From a virus: 64,000 nt of DNA. Below are positions 10,400-20,147 of this stretch, one piece after another (the stretch's first letter is position 1; each line of letters begins with the position of its first letter). Both the position numbers and the translations under genes were made by a program. The stretch spans positions 23,183-87,182 of IMG/VR virus record IMGVR_UViG_3300035670_000113; one strand, 5' to 3'. Below the pieces are notes generated by a model. It was not told the origin of the DNA. It ran no database searches and was given only the letters and a program-made list of their open reading frames with translations.

Positions 10400-10735
10400 A
10401 TGAATAACATGGTAGCAAGTAAGGCAGAGCGTGTACGAAGAAGATTAAATACTGGATCTATTACTACAGAGAGGGTCGTTGACTTTCTCGCTGTAATGAA
10501 CGCCATTAATACTTCCCATATTTTTAAGGAGGATGTGCATGACAGAATGTTCTTAGAGTTGGACCCACTCTCAGAGATGAGAAACGATCACTACTTCTAC
10601 GTGAGGAGAAACCGGCTCAGGAATCAGGATGCAAAAGATCTTTTCGATGTAATTAGATACGCATGTAATATCCCCGTAGAGCTCAGTAATGATGGTGAAG
10701 AGGTGACAAAATTACTCTTCTGGGTGAGTTACTAA
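10400..10735 (+). CDS. hypothetical protein
   Basis: ORF within the operon. Confidence 0.6.
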   Translation: MNNMVASKAERVRRRLNTGSITTERVVDFLAVMNAINTSHIFKEDVHDRMFLELDPLSEMRNDHYFYVRRNRLRNQDAKDLFDVIRYACNIPVELSNDGEEVTKLLFWVSY

Positions 10736-10783
10736 ATAGTTCCGCTACCGTGAACCTATAACGGAGAGAAAGAGAAGGCAAAA

Positions 10784-11164
10784 ATGATTAAGAAGATGCT
10801 AATTGTTATGGCAGTGCTAATGATGCTCCTGTCAGGATGTGCAGAGGCGGACGTGGCATCAGAGAATTTGTCAAAAAAGGCAGATTACTTTGAGGTTACT
10901 CGCCGCATCGTATTCTACAACGGAATCACTGGAGACTACATTCTGGTCATTGAAGGGTTGTGCTCTCTCGGCAACTACGATGCATTAGGGGAGTTGTCAG
11001 TGACATGTAAAGTTGGTCCTGAGGAGTATAAGAAACACTTTTTGGGATTATCTGATAACGTCACATATTTTGCTGAGCAGATTGAGGCAGTCAAAACAGA
11101 TGTATACCATTACAAGGTGATTTTCCGGCCCTCAGTTATCGTTCCAGACGTAGATGTTAAATAG
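10784..11164 (+). CDS. conserved phage lipoprotein
   Basis: signal peptide with LSGC lipobox; RRIVFYNGIT and YKKHFLGLSDNVTYF motifs. Confidence 0.8.
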   Translation: MIKKMLIVMAVLMMLLSGCAEADVASENLSKKADYFEVTRRIVFYNGITGDYILVIEGLCSLGNYDALGELSVTCKVGPEEYKKHFLGLSDNVTYFAEQIEAVKTDVYHYKVIFRPSVIVPDVDVK

Positions 11165-11177
11165 TATCCTGTAACTA

Positions 11178-11213
11178 AAAAAGCCCCCAGAGATAAAACT
11201 CTGGGGGCTTTTT
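11178..11213. terminator. bidirectional intrinsic terminator
   Basis: AAAAAGCCCCCAGAG / CTCTGGGGGCTTTTT inverted repeat between convergent gene blocks. Confidence 0.9.
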
Positions 11214-11251
11214 AATTTAAATTTTTTCGTGTGGTTATTAGAGTGAGAACT

Positions 11252-13030
11252 CTATGCTACATCACAAAATGAAAACCCACAATCTGGATCTGAACACTTG
11301 GAGCACCCACTCTCATGAATAAGAGGTTTTTCACAAACAGGGCACATATCTTTTTTGATATTCTTTGGTTTCAGTACTTCTATATCTCTAGACCCATTTC
11401 TATAAACTGTTATACCTTTTACTCCCAATTTCCATGCATATAAAAAGGACTCATATATAGTATCTTTGTCTGTTGAGTTGGGGAAATTTATAGTCTTACT
11501 CACACCACTATCAACAAATTTTTGGGCTGTGGCTTGTGTCTCAATGTGCTCTTGCCATGTGACCTCAACCGCTCCATTTGAGGATACTGAGCATCTATAC
11601 CAGGGGAGTTTTGAAAGCTCTGTATGGTCAAACTCATATTCTCCAGTCTTATCCTCTCTTTTCGTAAGATCAGAGAAGAATGGCTCGATACCTGAGTTGC
11701 ATCCTGCTATCAAACTTATAGTACCAGTTGGGGCTATAGTCAATAGAGTGATATTTCTTCTTGGATTTGGAAGTACAGAGCACGACTTTGGAACTCCTCT
11801 CTCTTCACCGAGGGTTATGGACTCTTCAGTGGCTATTGTTCTAATGAACGATAATATAAAAGCAAGCTCTTCATTAGCCTGTCTGGAGCCATATGCTACA
11901 CCCCTGAGTAAATAATAGTCAGCTAAGCCCATAATTCCAAGACCTATAGGTCTATTCTCTTCGGACCATCTGGCAATATCATTAGTGGGGTATGAAGATA
12001 CACTAACTACATCATCTAAAAACCTCACTGATAATCTAACTGCTAATTCCAGCATCTCAACATTAATGGAGTTATCATCTCTCAGAAACTTTGAAATATC
12101 CAAACTCCCAAGATTGCATACACCATTAGGCGGAAGTGGTTGTTCTCCACACGGGTTAGTAGCTTGTATCACCTGCCCAGAAAACCTATAAGGGGAATTA
12201 TTAATTTGGTCAAAAAATAGGATTCCAGGTTCACCATTTTTCCATGCGCTATCAACAATTAACCTAAAAAGATGTCCGACACTTAAAACATATGTATCTG
12301 GATGAACGTGTTTTAGATCCTCCTCCAACATTACTGTTGGGTAATAGATTCCTGGACCTGGATCACGCAGTAAGTATCCTTCCCCCCAACCATCAAAAAA
12401 TACCCTGTGTGGCTTATCAGGAGTACTTTTTACCGCCTCCATGAAAGAATCGTCAACAACTACTGATATATTGGTTGTTCTCATGACACCTTCCGTACTT
12501 TTGGCATTAATAAACTCCATTATATCTGGATGGTATACGCTCATTGTACCCATCATGGCCATTTCCCTGAAACCAGCCTGTGTCATAACTTCCATATCGT
12601 GACATATTGTATTAAAAAATGCTACAGGCCCACCAGCATATCCGTGAGTACTGCCATTGACAAGAGATTTTTTAGGTCTAAGATTTGATAAAGTGGTCCC
12701 ACAACCACCACCCTTCTTGGCTATAAGAGCGAAATCCAGCTTTGTTTTATAAATGCTTTCGATACTATCCTTAAAGTCTACTACAAAACATGCCGACAAT
12801 CCACCACCTACAGTCCCTGAATTGAAAAGACATGGGCTATTAGGAATAAAGTACCTGTTTGCTATCATCTCCCTTGTAAGGGCTTTTGTAGTAGGGTCTT
12901 CATACACCATAACATGATTAACAACTCTGTCAGCAATATCCTCCCAAGACTTTTCACCCTTTTTAAAATACCGCTTGTGTAGAATATTCATTGCGGTATC
13001 TGTAATATCATTTACTTTAAAAAATACCAT
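11252..13030 (-). CDS. nrdJ: class II (adenosylcobalamin-dependent) ribonucleotide reductase
   Basis: PNSPCL, SACFV, GGGCG, NGEPG, TNPCGEQPL, CNLGS, IAPTGTIS, SKTIN, C-terminal Cys cluster; no beta subunit nearby. Confidence 0.88.
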   Translation of the reverse strand: MVFFKVNDITDTAMNILHKRYFKKGEKSWEDIADRVVNHVMVYEDPTTKALTREMIANRYFIPNSPCLFNSGTVGGGLSACFVVDFKDSIESIYKTKLDFALIAKKGGGCGTTLSNLRPKKSLVNGSTHGYAGGPVAFFNTICHDMEVMTQAGFREMAMMGTMSVYHPDIMEFINAKSTEGVMRTTNISVVVDDSFMEAVKSTPDKPHRVFFDGWGEGYLLRDPGPGIYYPTVMLEEDLKHVHPDTYVLSVGHLFRLIVDSAWKNGEPGILFFDQINNSPYRFSGQVIQATNPCGEQPLPPNGVCNLGSLDISKFLRDDNSINVEMLELAVRLSVRFLDDVVSVSSYPTNDIARWSEENRPIGLGIMGLADYYLLRGVAYGSRQANEELAFILSFIRTIATEESITLGEERGVPKSCSVLPNPRRNITLLTIAPTGTISLIAGCNSGIEPFFSDLTKREDKTGEYEFDHTELSKLPWYRCSVSSNGAVEVTWQEHIETQATAQKFVDSGVSKTINFPNSTDKDTIYESFLYAWKLGVKGITVYRNGSRDIEVLKPKNIKKDMCPVCEKPLIHESGCSKCSDPDCGFSFCDVA

Positions 13031-13051
13031 ACTTCCTCCAAGTTGACAAGT

Positions 13052-13077
13052 TTACCCCCAAGAAAACTTGGGGGTAA
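13052..13077. other. GC-rich hairpin upstream of nrdJ
   Basis: TTACCCCCAAG-AAAA-CTTGGGGGTAA. Confidence 0.6.
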
Positions 13078-13091
13078 TTTAGTTTAATTTC

Positions 13092-13120
13092 ATTATACCA
13101 CATAATACTATTCTGTGATA
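13092..13120 (-). promoter_or_regulatory. putative extended -10 promoter for nrdJ
   Basis: minus strand TATCAC-N17-TATAAT with TGTGG before the -10. Confidence 0.5.
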
Positions 13121-13503
13121 TTTCTACCGTCTACTGGAAGAAGCTGTGAATACCCCTCAAGAATCTTTCTTTCCGCTTGCAAATCTCTTTGATTTGCATT
13201 TTCCTCTGTAAACTTATTTGGGAAGCGAGCATGTAACTTGCTAATATTTTGTTCCAAAATTTTCTCAAAATCAATGCTAAGAATATTACACATATTAGCT
13301 AAATACCACATTATATCCCCTAATTCTTCCTCAATATTTACAAGATCTAGTTCTCTTCCATACGCAAGAGCCTTCTTGTACTGGTCCAATAACTCACCAG
13401 ACTCTGTAGAGATACCGATAACCATGTGCAGCTGGTTTTTAAGACTATCCCCCAAATCTGGGAGAGTCCTTTTTGTTGATTCCATATATTCTTTAAGATT
13501 CAT
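13108..13503 (-). CDS. MazG-like nucleotide pyrophosphohydrolase
   Basis: GI.TESGELLD..KK, EEELGDIMWY, N..KL..RFP; start at MNLKEY preferred. Confidence 0.88.
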   Translation of the reverse strand: MNLKEYMESTKRTLPDLGDSLKNQLHMVIGISTESGELLDQYKKALAYGRELDLVNIEEELGDIMWYLANMCNILSIDFEKILEQNISKLHARFPNKFTEENANQRDLQAERKILEGYSQLLPVDGRNITE

Positions 13504-13693
13504 TTTTACTCCCGTGTCTAATTCCGAATTCCACTCCAGCATAAAAAATACTATATAGAAGTGCGTTGATAGTATTTATAAATGTTTTAGATTCTTTAAT
13601 ATACTCTGATGAGTTCGCATAGATATCTTCAAATATTTTTCTTATTATATTATCGTACTCTTCAACAATGGCTTCTTCAGAAATATCTTCCAT
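13493..13693 (-). CDS. hypothetical protein
   Basis: fills the operon gap; GGAG SD. Confidence 0.6.
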   Translation of the reverse strand: MEDISEEAIVEEYDNIIRKIFEDIYANSSEYIKESKTFINTINALLYSIFYAGVEFGIRHGSKNES

Positions 13694-13694
13694 T

Positions 13695-14216
13695 TTATAA
13701 CTCCTTCTCTAAGTTTTGTCTAAGCTCTAGCATGGAATAAACAGTATTGTATGCGTTACTCATGTGCGTATTCCAGGGTCTATTATACATAAAGGCATGT
13801 GTCACTTTACTCAAATTTTTAATCTGATATACAGAATCTTCCACAGAAAAATCAATCGAGTATAGTCTTGCAAGAGTTGCTTTATCACTCTCAAATATTA
13901 AATTATCTCCCTGTGGAAAATTAAAATCTCTGAAATACTTCTCTGTTACTCTCATTACACTAGTTGGTCTACTAGTAACATAATAAATATCAAAAATATT
14001 ATTGGCCCAAGTAAGAAAATCTTTAACATCTTTTGATGGTGAAATTCCATAATAGTACATCGGTATACTGCATATATAGTCCTGGTACTCTGTGGACTGG
14101 TTATGCACAAACACTGTCCAGAAATGATTGAAATCCATGTCTGGATTCACTTCCCTGTGTACGACATAATGCCAGTCATAAAGTACTCCGTCTAAGTCCA
14201 AAAGAATCTTTTTCAT
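13695..14216 (-). CDS. HAD-family 5'(3')-deoxyribonucleotidase-like protein
   Basis: LLDLDGVL, VTSR, K, VEDS, RPWN. Confidence 0.85.
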   Translation of the reverse strand: MKKILLDLDGVLYDWHYVVHREVNPDMDFNHFWTVFVHNQSTEYQDYICSIPMYYYGISPSKDVKDFLTWANNIFDIYYVTSRPTSVMRVTEKYFRDFNFPQGDNLIFESDKATLARLYSIDFSVEDSVYQIKNLSKVTHAFMYNRPWNTHMSNAYNTVYSMLELRQNLEKEL

Positions 14217-14217
14217 T

Positions 14218-15072
14218 TTACACCTCGAATACATAAGTAGAATTAGAAATCAAGTCTTTAAATCCTTCCAGTGTACCGCCGTCTCTAAAGAAGTCAACAG
14301 TATCATACTTTTCGGGCTTTTCCCTATACTTAACTATACGAACTCTGCCTGTTCCTAAAGATTCTGCTACCTTTTTAGATGCTAAATACCCTGCCTTATC
14401 ATTATCTGCAATATAAAAAATGTTATCTACTCTTGTAAAGTATTTAACCCACGATGAATTCCAATGATTTGCACCGTTTGTAGTACACACACACGGAAAT
14501 CCCAGTTGATTTAGTAGTATACAATCAACCATGCCCTCTGTAATGTATGCAGTATCTGTAAACTGTAGAATGTTCTTATTAAATAAAACTGGCTTAAAAT
14601 CAATATCCTTGTACCACATACGAATATTCTTGGGGTCGTCCCTTCTACACTGAAAGTTTACAAACCTATCATTATCATAAATGGGTATCAGACTCCACCC
14701 ATCATAAAATCCTAGTCTGTACATATCTATTGTAGAATCTTTGAGACCACGCTTATACCAGTAATCTCTAAAATGTTTACCAAGATTATAAAAAGAATCT
14801 ATCAGTTTAGAAAACTTTACCTGGACTCCAGTGGATTTTACTTCATCTGAAAATGGGTCAGCGTGATTTTTTATCAGCTCCCTAGCCGACTTTACATCCA
14901 TCTGTCTGACCTTTACTAAATATTCTAAAGGTCCTCCACTAAATCCTCTCGAATTGAAATAGAAAACATTCTTCTCATTATCTATAACTAATGAGGAGTG
15001 TATGTCAGACCTTAGCCATCTCCCTCTTCCAGATATTCCAAAGTCTTCTTTAACTAGTTCCTGTAGTAGCAT
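14218..15072 (-). CDS. DNA primase (TOPRIM domain)
   Basis: RGL....ID.YRLG, ITEGMVD, ADNDKAG. Confidence 0.85.
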   Translation of the reverse strand: MLLQELVKEDFGISGRGRWLRSDIHSSLVIDNEKNVFYFNSRGFSGGPLEYLVKVRQMDVKSARELIKNHADPFSDEVKSTGVQVKFSKLIDSFYNLGKHFRDYWYKRGLKDSTIDMYRLGFYDGWSLIPIYDNDRFVNFQCRRDDPKNIRMWYKDIDFKPVLFNKNILQFTDTAYITEGMVDCILLNQLGFPCVCTTNGANHWNSSWVKYFTRVDNIFYIADNDKAGYLASKKVAESLGTGRVRIVKYREKPEKYDTVDFFRDGGTLEGFKDLISNSTYVFEV

Positions 15073-15676
15073 TTAGCCTCTCTTCCGCTATTGCACAATA
15101 AGAAGGTGATATGTCTACTCCTATATAATTTCTTCCAAGATTCTTTGCACTAACACATGTTGTCCCTGACCCAACAAATGGGTCCAATATCAGATTACCT
15201 GGCTTAGATGCTCTGCTTATTATCCAATCTGCCCACTCTATTGGCTTTGGGACTGGATGATTAAATGTTCCCTTTTTAGGGCTTGGTTTTGTCTGAAAAA
15301 AGTCATGCATTACTACTCCCTTGTTTTTTCCATATACAAGGTGTGGCTCATAGTCATTGAATCCTACAAAACTTCTATGGCCAGTTGATCCCTTATACCA
15401 TATAATCAACCAATCTGGAGGAAAGTTATCATATATCCATTTCATTCTGGCAATCTTACAAGATGGAAGTATTGCCATAGTTGATACCCTAATAATCTCT
15501 GGTAATGCTTTGCCCATCAGTTTAAACCACTCATCTTCTGTATCACTATATGTATCATAATCTATTCCAATACCGTATGGCGGGTCTGTTAAAACTAGGT
15601 CTACAGACTTGTCTGGAAGTGTTCTCATAAATTCAATACAGTCTGCTGTATAAATCTTATTAATTTCAGGAAACAT
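15050..15676 (-). CDS. DNA amino-methyltransferase, beta class (N6_N4_Mtase)
   Basis: TDPPY, HPVPKP, LDPFVGSGTT. Confidence 0.92.
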   Translation of the reverse strand: MFPEINKIYTADCIEFMRTLPDKSVDLVLTDPPYGIGIDYDTYSDTEDEWFKLMGKALPEIIRVSTMAILPSCKIARMKWIYDNFPPDWLIIWYKGSTGHRSFVGFNDYEPHLVYGKNKGVVMHDFFQTKPSPKKGTFNHPVPKPIEWADWIISRASKPGNLILDPFVGSGTTCVSAKNLGRNYIGVDISPSYCAIAEERLNATTGTS

Positions 15677-16346
15677 TTAACCTCTTTTCTGCGAGTGAGA
15701 AAACATTCTTATCTATTTCTATACCTGTATAATTTCTATTAGAGTATCTACACACTTCACCAAGTGTACCAGAACCCATAAATAAATCTAGCACGTTATC
15801 ACCTTCATCAGTAAAAGGTAATAGTAATCTTTCCATTAACCATAAAGGTTTCTGCCACTGTATATTTCTACCACTATCTGTTTTTACTCTTTCTTTACTA
15901 ACTGTAGAAAAGGATACCTTATCATAAAAAACAGATGCTGGTACTTTTGTTCCAGTGCCCTTCTTATCAAACTTTGTTCCCGCTGTTGCTTTAGGAATCA
16001 AAATAGAATCTGAGTTCCATTTCCATGTCGTAGAATTTGAATAAACCAGTATATCGTCATGTTTCTGTGCAAATCTATTTTTAGGGACCCCTCCCCAATC
16101 ATTTATATATATTAACCAGTTTACAAATGACATCCCTAACATATCAAGATGCCTTTTAACCTCACATACTGTATGATAATCTGTTTGCACAACGAATATG
16201 CATCTGTCTTTCATCCTGGATATGGCATGATTAATCCATTCAAGATTTAAATTTTCATATATCATATCAGCATAAATAAAATCATACATAACATTGTCTC
16301 TTTTAATAAAGGATATGTTATCTTCATTAATTATTCTTATTGTCAT
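15666..16346 (-). CDS. DNA amino-methyltransferase, beta class, with variant motif IV
   Basis: YADMIY replaces DPPY; QKP..LMERL, LDLFMGSGT. Confidence 0.8.
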   Translation of the reverse strand: MTIRIINEDNISFIKRDNVMYDFIYADMIYENLNLEWINHAISRMKDRCIFVVQTDYHTVCEVKRHLDMLGMSFVNWLIYINDWGGVPKNRFAQKHDDILVYSNSTTWKWNSDSILIPKATAGTKFDKKGTGTKVPASVFYDKVSFSTVSKERVKTDSGRNIQWQKPLWLMERLLLPFTDEGDNVLDLFMGSGTLGEVCRYSNRNYTGIEIDKNVFSLAEKRLNVS

Positions 16347-16518
16347 TTGAATAGAATCCCTCTCCTACAAATACAATTCCTGGTTTTACTATAATCTTTA
16401 TAGTGCTGTTACTCCCGCATTTTGGACATGCGGGAGATTTAACAGCATGCTTTATATCTATAAAAGATTTGTCAAAATATTTAAGACACTTTGTACACTT
16501 ATACGAATAGGTCAGCAT
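16327..16518 (-). CDS. FmdB-like zinc ribbon protein
   Basis: Y.YKC.KC...CPKCGS...F.G.GFY..D. Confidence 0.8.
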   Translation of the reverse strand: MLTYSYKCTKCLKYFDKSFIDIKHAVKSPACPKCGSNSTIKIIVKPGIVFVGEGFYSNDNKNN

Positions 16519-16998
16519 ATTTCTCTTTTCTCATCTTCTTTTTGTGCTTACTCTTTTTCTTGACATCTCTCTTATTTATTTGTTCTTCGATGGTAAATAC
16601 GCTCTTTGAGTCCATTACCATACCGTAGCGTTTCTTTCTGTTTTTACGCTCTCTAACTGTAGCTTTAGTTATATTCATTTCCTCTATTTCCAGTTAGCAT
16701 CTTGCAGAACTTTTGCCACCTTCTTTGGCGATTCAATTTCTTCTGATCTCTTATCATTGCCTTATGCCGTCTGGCATCTTGTCTGCGTTCTCTTTCATCA
16801 TCTCTAATCTCTGCCTTTGTTTTTCCAAACATTTCTACCTACCTTTCTTTATAATACTTTCAAACTCTTCTTTTGTAATTTGTCTAACATCTCCTGCACT
16901 GGTCACATAATATATATCACACAACCAACAATGAAGAAAGTGGTGTGGTAAAACCCATACGTCATCCAAACAGGAGTTACACACAAAACATTTTTTTC

Positions 16999-17223
16999 TC
17001 ATTTGTTTCCCCTTAAATATCTAGTTAAAGTTCTAGTAAGAGTGTCTGACAACAGATCATCATCTTTAGTATACAGAAAATTTATCAATCGGTTTAGGTC
17101 TGGTTTAGATAGTGGCACATAAATTAATTCATGTGCATCTCTACATTGGTCTGCTTTAAACTCTGTAGGGAACTCCTTTTCACAATAACTGCAATACCAC
17201 TTGTCTTTTTTATTAATAGCCAC
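16999..17223 (-). CDS. small zinc-finger protein
   Basis: CSYC...F......C...H. Confidence 0.6.
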   Translation of the reverse strand: MAINKKDKWYCSYCEKEFPTEFKADQCRDAHELIYVPLSKPDLNRLINFLYTKDDDLLSDTLTRTLTRYLRGNK

Positions 17224-17647
17224 CAGTACCTACCTGTTCAACCTGTATCATATAAATACCACTCAATGCCTTTGAACACTCCTCAAACAGTCTACACAGA
17301 ATATCATTACTGGAGTTTTTATTGATTGTAAAAGGAAACTTTACAGTCACCTTTTTTTGTCCATGTGAACTAAAACATTTACAGGAATATTTAATCATTA
17401 TGCTCCTTTCATTAGAAACACTGTCATTGCGGCTGTACCTACTACTAGAAAAATCTCCCATGTTGCAAGGATGTAGGCATCATATACAGTTGTAGTACCA
17501 GTAACAATTCTTTTGTAAATACTTTTTAGTAACATAAAAATTTTCTCCTTCCACAGTATGAGCATCTCCATCCGTGCCCGTGATTATAAAACCATACATA
17601 AGCTCTGCAAACAGAGCAATACATCCATCTCTCTTTTACATTACTTG

Positions 17648-18283
17648 TCATGCGTTATTCTTCCTTGTTTCTGCAGTAAGATCAACAAAAGTCTCTGTTC
17701 TTCCCAAATCAAACCCATATGTTAGCCACATTGAGTGAAACTGTGCCGAAGAATATTTATAAATAAGTTGTGAAGGGATTTCATCTTTTCGTTCAAAAAT
17801 CGTATTTTCTCTGCTGTTTACTCTTGAAACAATATCTGGAGTAATGTATGCAATTCTGGATGTTGGAATAATTTTCTCACAACCTCTCTTTATCCAATTA
17901 ATAGATGTTGCAGAGTAATCAGCATTAATAAGAAATGCAAACGGCTTATTATATTCAAACGCTTTCTCAATAAATAGGTCCTTTATCGAGAATGGGGGAT
18001 TGGTTATAATACAGTCTATACTGGACAGCTCACTATCTTCCAAAGTTTCTGTTATAAAATTAAACTGCCTATCAATTATGTCTGGTTCAAATCGAATGTC
18101 TGTAGTATAAACACCGTATCTTTTAGTACCTTCCAAGCGCACGGCTATTTTACCACCACCCGCCGCACATTCCCAAATTGTGCCAACATTTTTAGGAATG
18201 AAGGGAATAAGTAAGTCAACAGCATAATTAGGCGTTTCAAATGTATCCCTGCCTTGCACGCTTTCGGGCGTTTTGGGGGGCAT
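17648..18283 (-). CDS. phage DNA adenine methyltransferase-like protein
   Basis: D.FETP.YAV, IWECAAG.G, IITNPPFS; start at MPPKT preferred. Confidence 0.8.
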   Translation of the reverse strand: MPPKTPESVQGRDTFETPNYAVDLLIPFIPKNVGTIWECAAGGGKIAVRLEGTKRYGVYTTDIRFEPDIIDRQFNFITETLEDSELSSIDCIITNPPFSIKDLFIEKAFEYNKPFAFLINADYSATSINWIKRGCEKIIPTSRIAYITPDIVSRVNSRENTIFERKDEIPSQLIYKYSSAQFHSMWLTYGFDLGRTETFVDLTAETRKNNA

Positions 18284-18356
18284 GGTAATGCCTTTTTTAG
18301 TGCGTAATTTGTAAGAAAATTCGGGCATTTTGGTGAAAATTCCTTTGCTTTAACCC

Positions 18357-18385
18357 TTGACAAATGGGTGATTTTGTGCTATAAT
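18357..18385 (+). promoter_or_regulatory. sigma70-type promoter driving the tRNA array
   Basis: ACCC-TTGACA-N17-TATAAT, extended -10 TG. Confidence 0.85.
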
Positions 18386-18425
18386 AGGCACATCGTTAGA
18401 AAGTAAATTACCCAACGATGAACCA

Positions 18426-18454
18426 ATTATACACCATTTTAATGATTTTGTCAA
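18426..18454 (-). promoter_or_regulatory. sigma70-type promoter for the leftward operon
   Basis: minus strand TTTACCC-TTGACA-N17-TATAAT. Confidence 0.85.
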
Positions 18455-18470
18455 GGGTAAAAAACAAAGT

Positions 18471-18542
18471 GCCTCGGTAGTTCAGTGGTAGAACATCATA
18501 CTTGTAATATGATTGTCAGAGGTTCGATTCCTCTTCGAGGCT
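18471..18542 (+). tRNA. tRNA-Thr(TGT)
   Basis: cloverleaf, anticodon loop CTTGTAA. Confidence 0.93.
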
Positions 18543-18667
18543 CCTAAGTGGTGTGGTCAACATTCTATGGAGAGATATTTCTCTAAAAATGACAAAGACC
18601 ATATATACAAAATCGTTGAGCCTGAGTAAGCCAACAGCCACAACTAGAGTATCAGAGAGGTAATAAT

Positions 18668-18898
18668 ATGGATGAAAAAGTCTACTCTGGTGTTATACAC
18701 GAGATTAAAGATGGTAAAGTACACCACTGCATAACCATCACTATAACACAATATAGTAACTCAAAAATGCCTGAGAAGATAGATGATGGCTTCAAGTTAA
18801 TTAGCAAGTCATCCAAGAAAGTTGGGTTTCTGGAAGTTAATGGAATTTACTTCTCTGGAACTGTACATACTTTTATATTCAAAAAGTATCTGGATTGA
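18668..18898 (+). CDS. hypothetical protein
   Basis: GAGG SD, lies between tRNAs. Confidence 0.6.
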   Translation: MDEKVYSGVIHEIKDGKVHHCITITITQYSNSKMPEKIDDGFKLISKSSKKVGFLEVNGIYFSGTVHTFIFKKYLD

Positions 18899-18901
18899 TA
18901 T

Positions 18902-18974
18902 GTATCCTTAGCTCATGTAGTAGAGCACCTTCCTGAAGAGAAGGGGGTGGCTAGTGCAAGTCTAGCAGGATACA
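18902..18974 (+). tRNA. tRNA-Phe(GAA)
   Basis: cloverleaf, loop CTGAAGA; atypical D loop and TGCAAGT T loop. Confidence 0.85.
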
Positions 18975-19007
18975 CAAGAGCAGTAATACACTGCTCGAAG
19001 GAGTACC

Positions 19008-19367
19008 ATGTTACCAAAGTATCACTATGAAATTGATGCTAACACTGGGAACGAAATTAAAGTTAGAAATTATCAATGCCCTACAGGTTGTAGTGTAGGC
19101 ATAGCAGACTATCTCTGCTTTACAATAAACACTGGTAAGGCCACAATTACTACAACACCTTCAAACCTATACAATGATACAGAGGAGTGTTTAAAGATTA
19201 TTATAAGAAATACTTCTAAAAAGACTGTAAAGATTGGAGGACCACTTTCACAGGATTTATCCCTGCTTCAAAATGCTGTAATAGAAATACCTATAAACAG
19301 TGTAAGTAAGGTATTTCTAAGAACTGATAGTGGTAGTACAATAGTAGAGTATATGATTTTAGGGTGA
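19008..19367 (+). CDS. hypothetical protein
   Basis: AAGGAG SD; beta-rich 119 aa. Confidence 0.7.
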   Translation: MLPKYHYEIDANTGNEIKVRNYQCPTGCSVGIADYLCFTINTGKATITTTPSNLYNDTEECLKIIIRNTSKKTVKIGGPLSQDLSLLQNAVIEIPINSVSKVFLRTDSGSTIVEYMILG

Positions 19368-19373
19368 GTTACT

Positions 19374-19444
19374 GGGCGATTGATGTAACGGGAGCCTGAT
19401 TGCTTTGCAAGCAATTCGTAAGAGTTCGATTCTCTTATCGTCCA
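19374..19444 (+). tRNA. tRNA-Ala(TGC)
   Basis: loop TTTGCAA; G3:U70 pair present. Confidence 0.88.
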
Positions 19445-19445
19445 C

Positions 19446-19655
19446 TAGTCTAATAGCATCGGCTGAGAAACTAGGACAACACTCAGTTTGTTGCCCAGGC
19501 AATAAGTACGGTAGTCATCGAAGGTAATCTGCAAAGATATTCCTCCTAGTAGTAAGAGGTAATCCCTGATGGCAAAAGGAGTGAGTTTGCTACAATAACA
19601 ATAATCTCCGCCTACAAGAAAGGGTAAGCCGACCTGTAAAGTGTAAGCAGGATTA
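19446..19655 (+). ncRNA. candidate structured ncRNA (~210 nt)
   Basis: fills the Ala-His spacer; TCGGCT/AGCCGA long-range pairing and 3' CCTG/CAGG hairpin. Confidence 0.4.
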
Positions 19656-19656
19656 T

Positions 19657-19729
19657 GGTGGCTAGCGTATAAATGGTAGTACACTCGTCTGTGAAACGAG
19701 AGGTGAGGGATCGTTACCCTCTGGCCGCC
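19657..19729 (+). tRNA. tRNA-His(GTG)
   Basis: loop CTGTGAA; G-1:C73; T loop ATCGTTA. Confidence 0.9.
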
Positions 19730-19764
19730 CCTTGAGCTTTAAGGCTCAGAGAAAGGGATAACCA

Positions 19765-19950
19765 ATGTTAGCTGTCTTGTACGTTTCAATCAGTATAGGT
19801 GTATTTATAGCATACTTACTTGATATGGAAGGGCCTTTTGAAGGACTGCCAAAAACAATTTTTAATATACTAGGAAACTTTGTTGAGGCGTTCTTCTGGC
19901 CCATCACACTTTACATGCATATCTTTAAAAAGATTTGGGGTGATGAATGA
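19765..19950 (+). CDS. small membrane protein
   Basis: two hydrophobic segments, FFWP. Confidence 0.65.
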   Translation: MLAVLYVSISIGVFIAYLLDMEGPFEGLPKTIFNILGNFVEAFFWPITLYMHIFKKIWGDE

Positions 19951-20147
19951 AAAAAGACGCATTTCAAGTAGGCTACGATGTAAAAAGTAGTGTAATCACT
20001 GTTTTATCTCTGATTGGAATGATAGTATTATGTGTTGGAGCATTTTTAATTATATCATTTTTTGCTACACAGTTTCAATACTACACTCATCAGCCTGAGA
20101 TGAACTATGTTGTATCAATTCCAAAAACAATTATAGGAGCACACTAA
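19947..20147 (+). CDS. small membrane protein
   Basis: one long hydrophobic segment; ATGA overlap. Confidence 0.65.
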   Translation: MKKDAFQVGYDVKSSVITVLSLIGMIVLCVGAFLIISFFATQFQYYTHQPEMNYVVSIPKTIIGAH

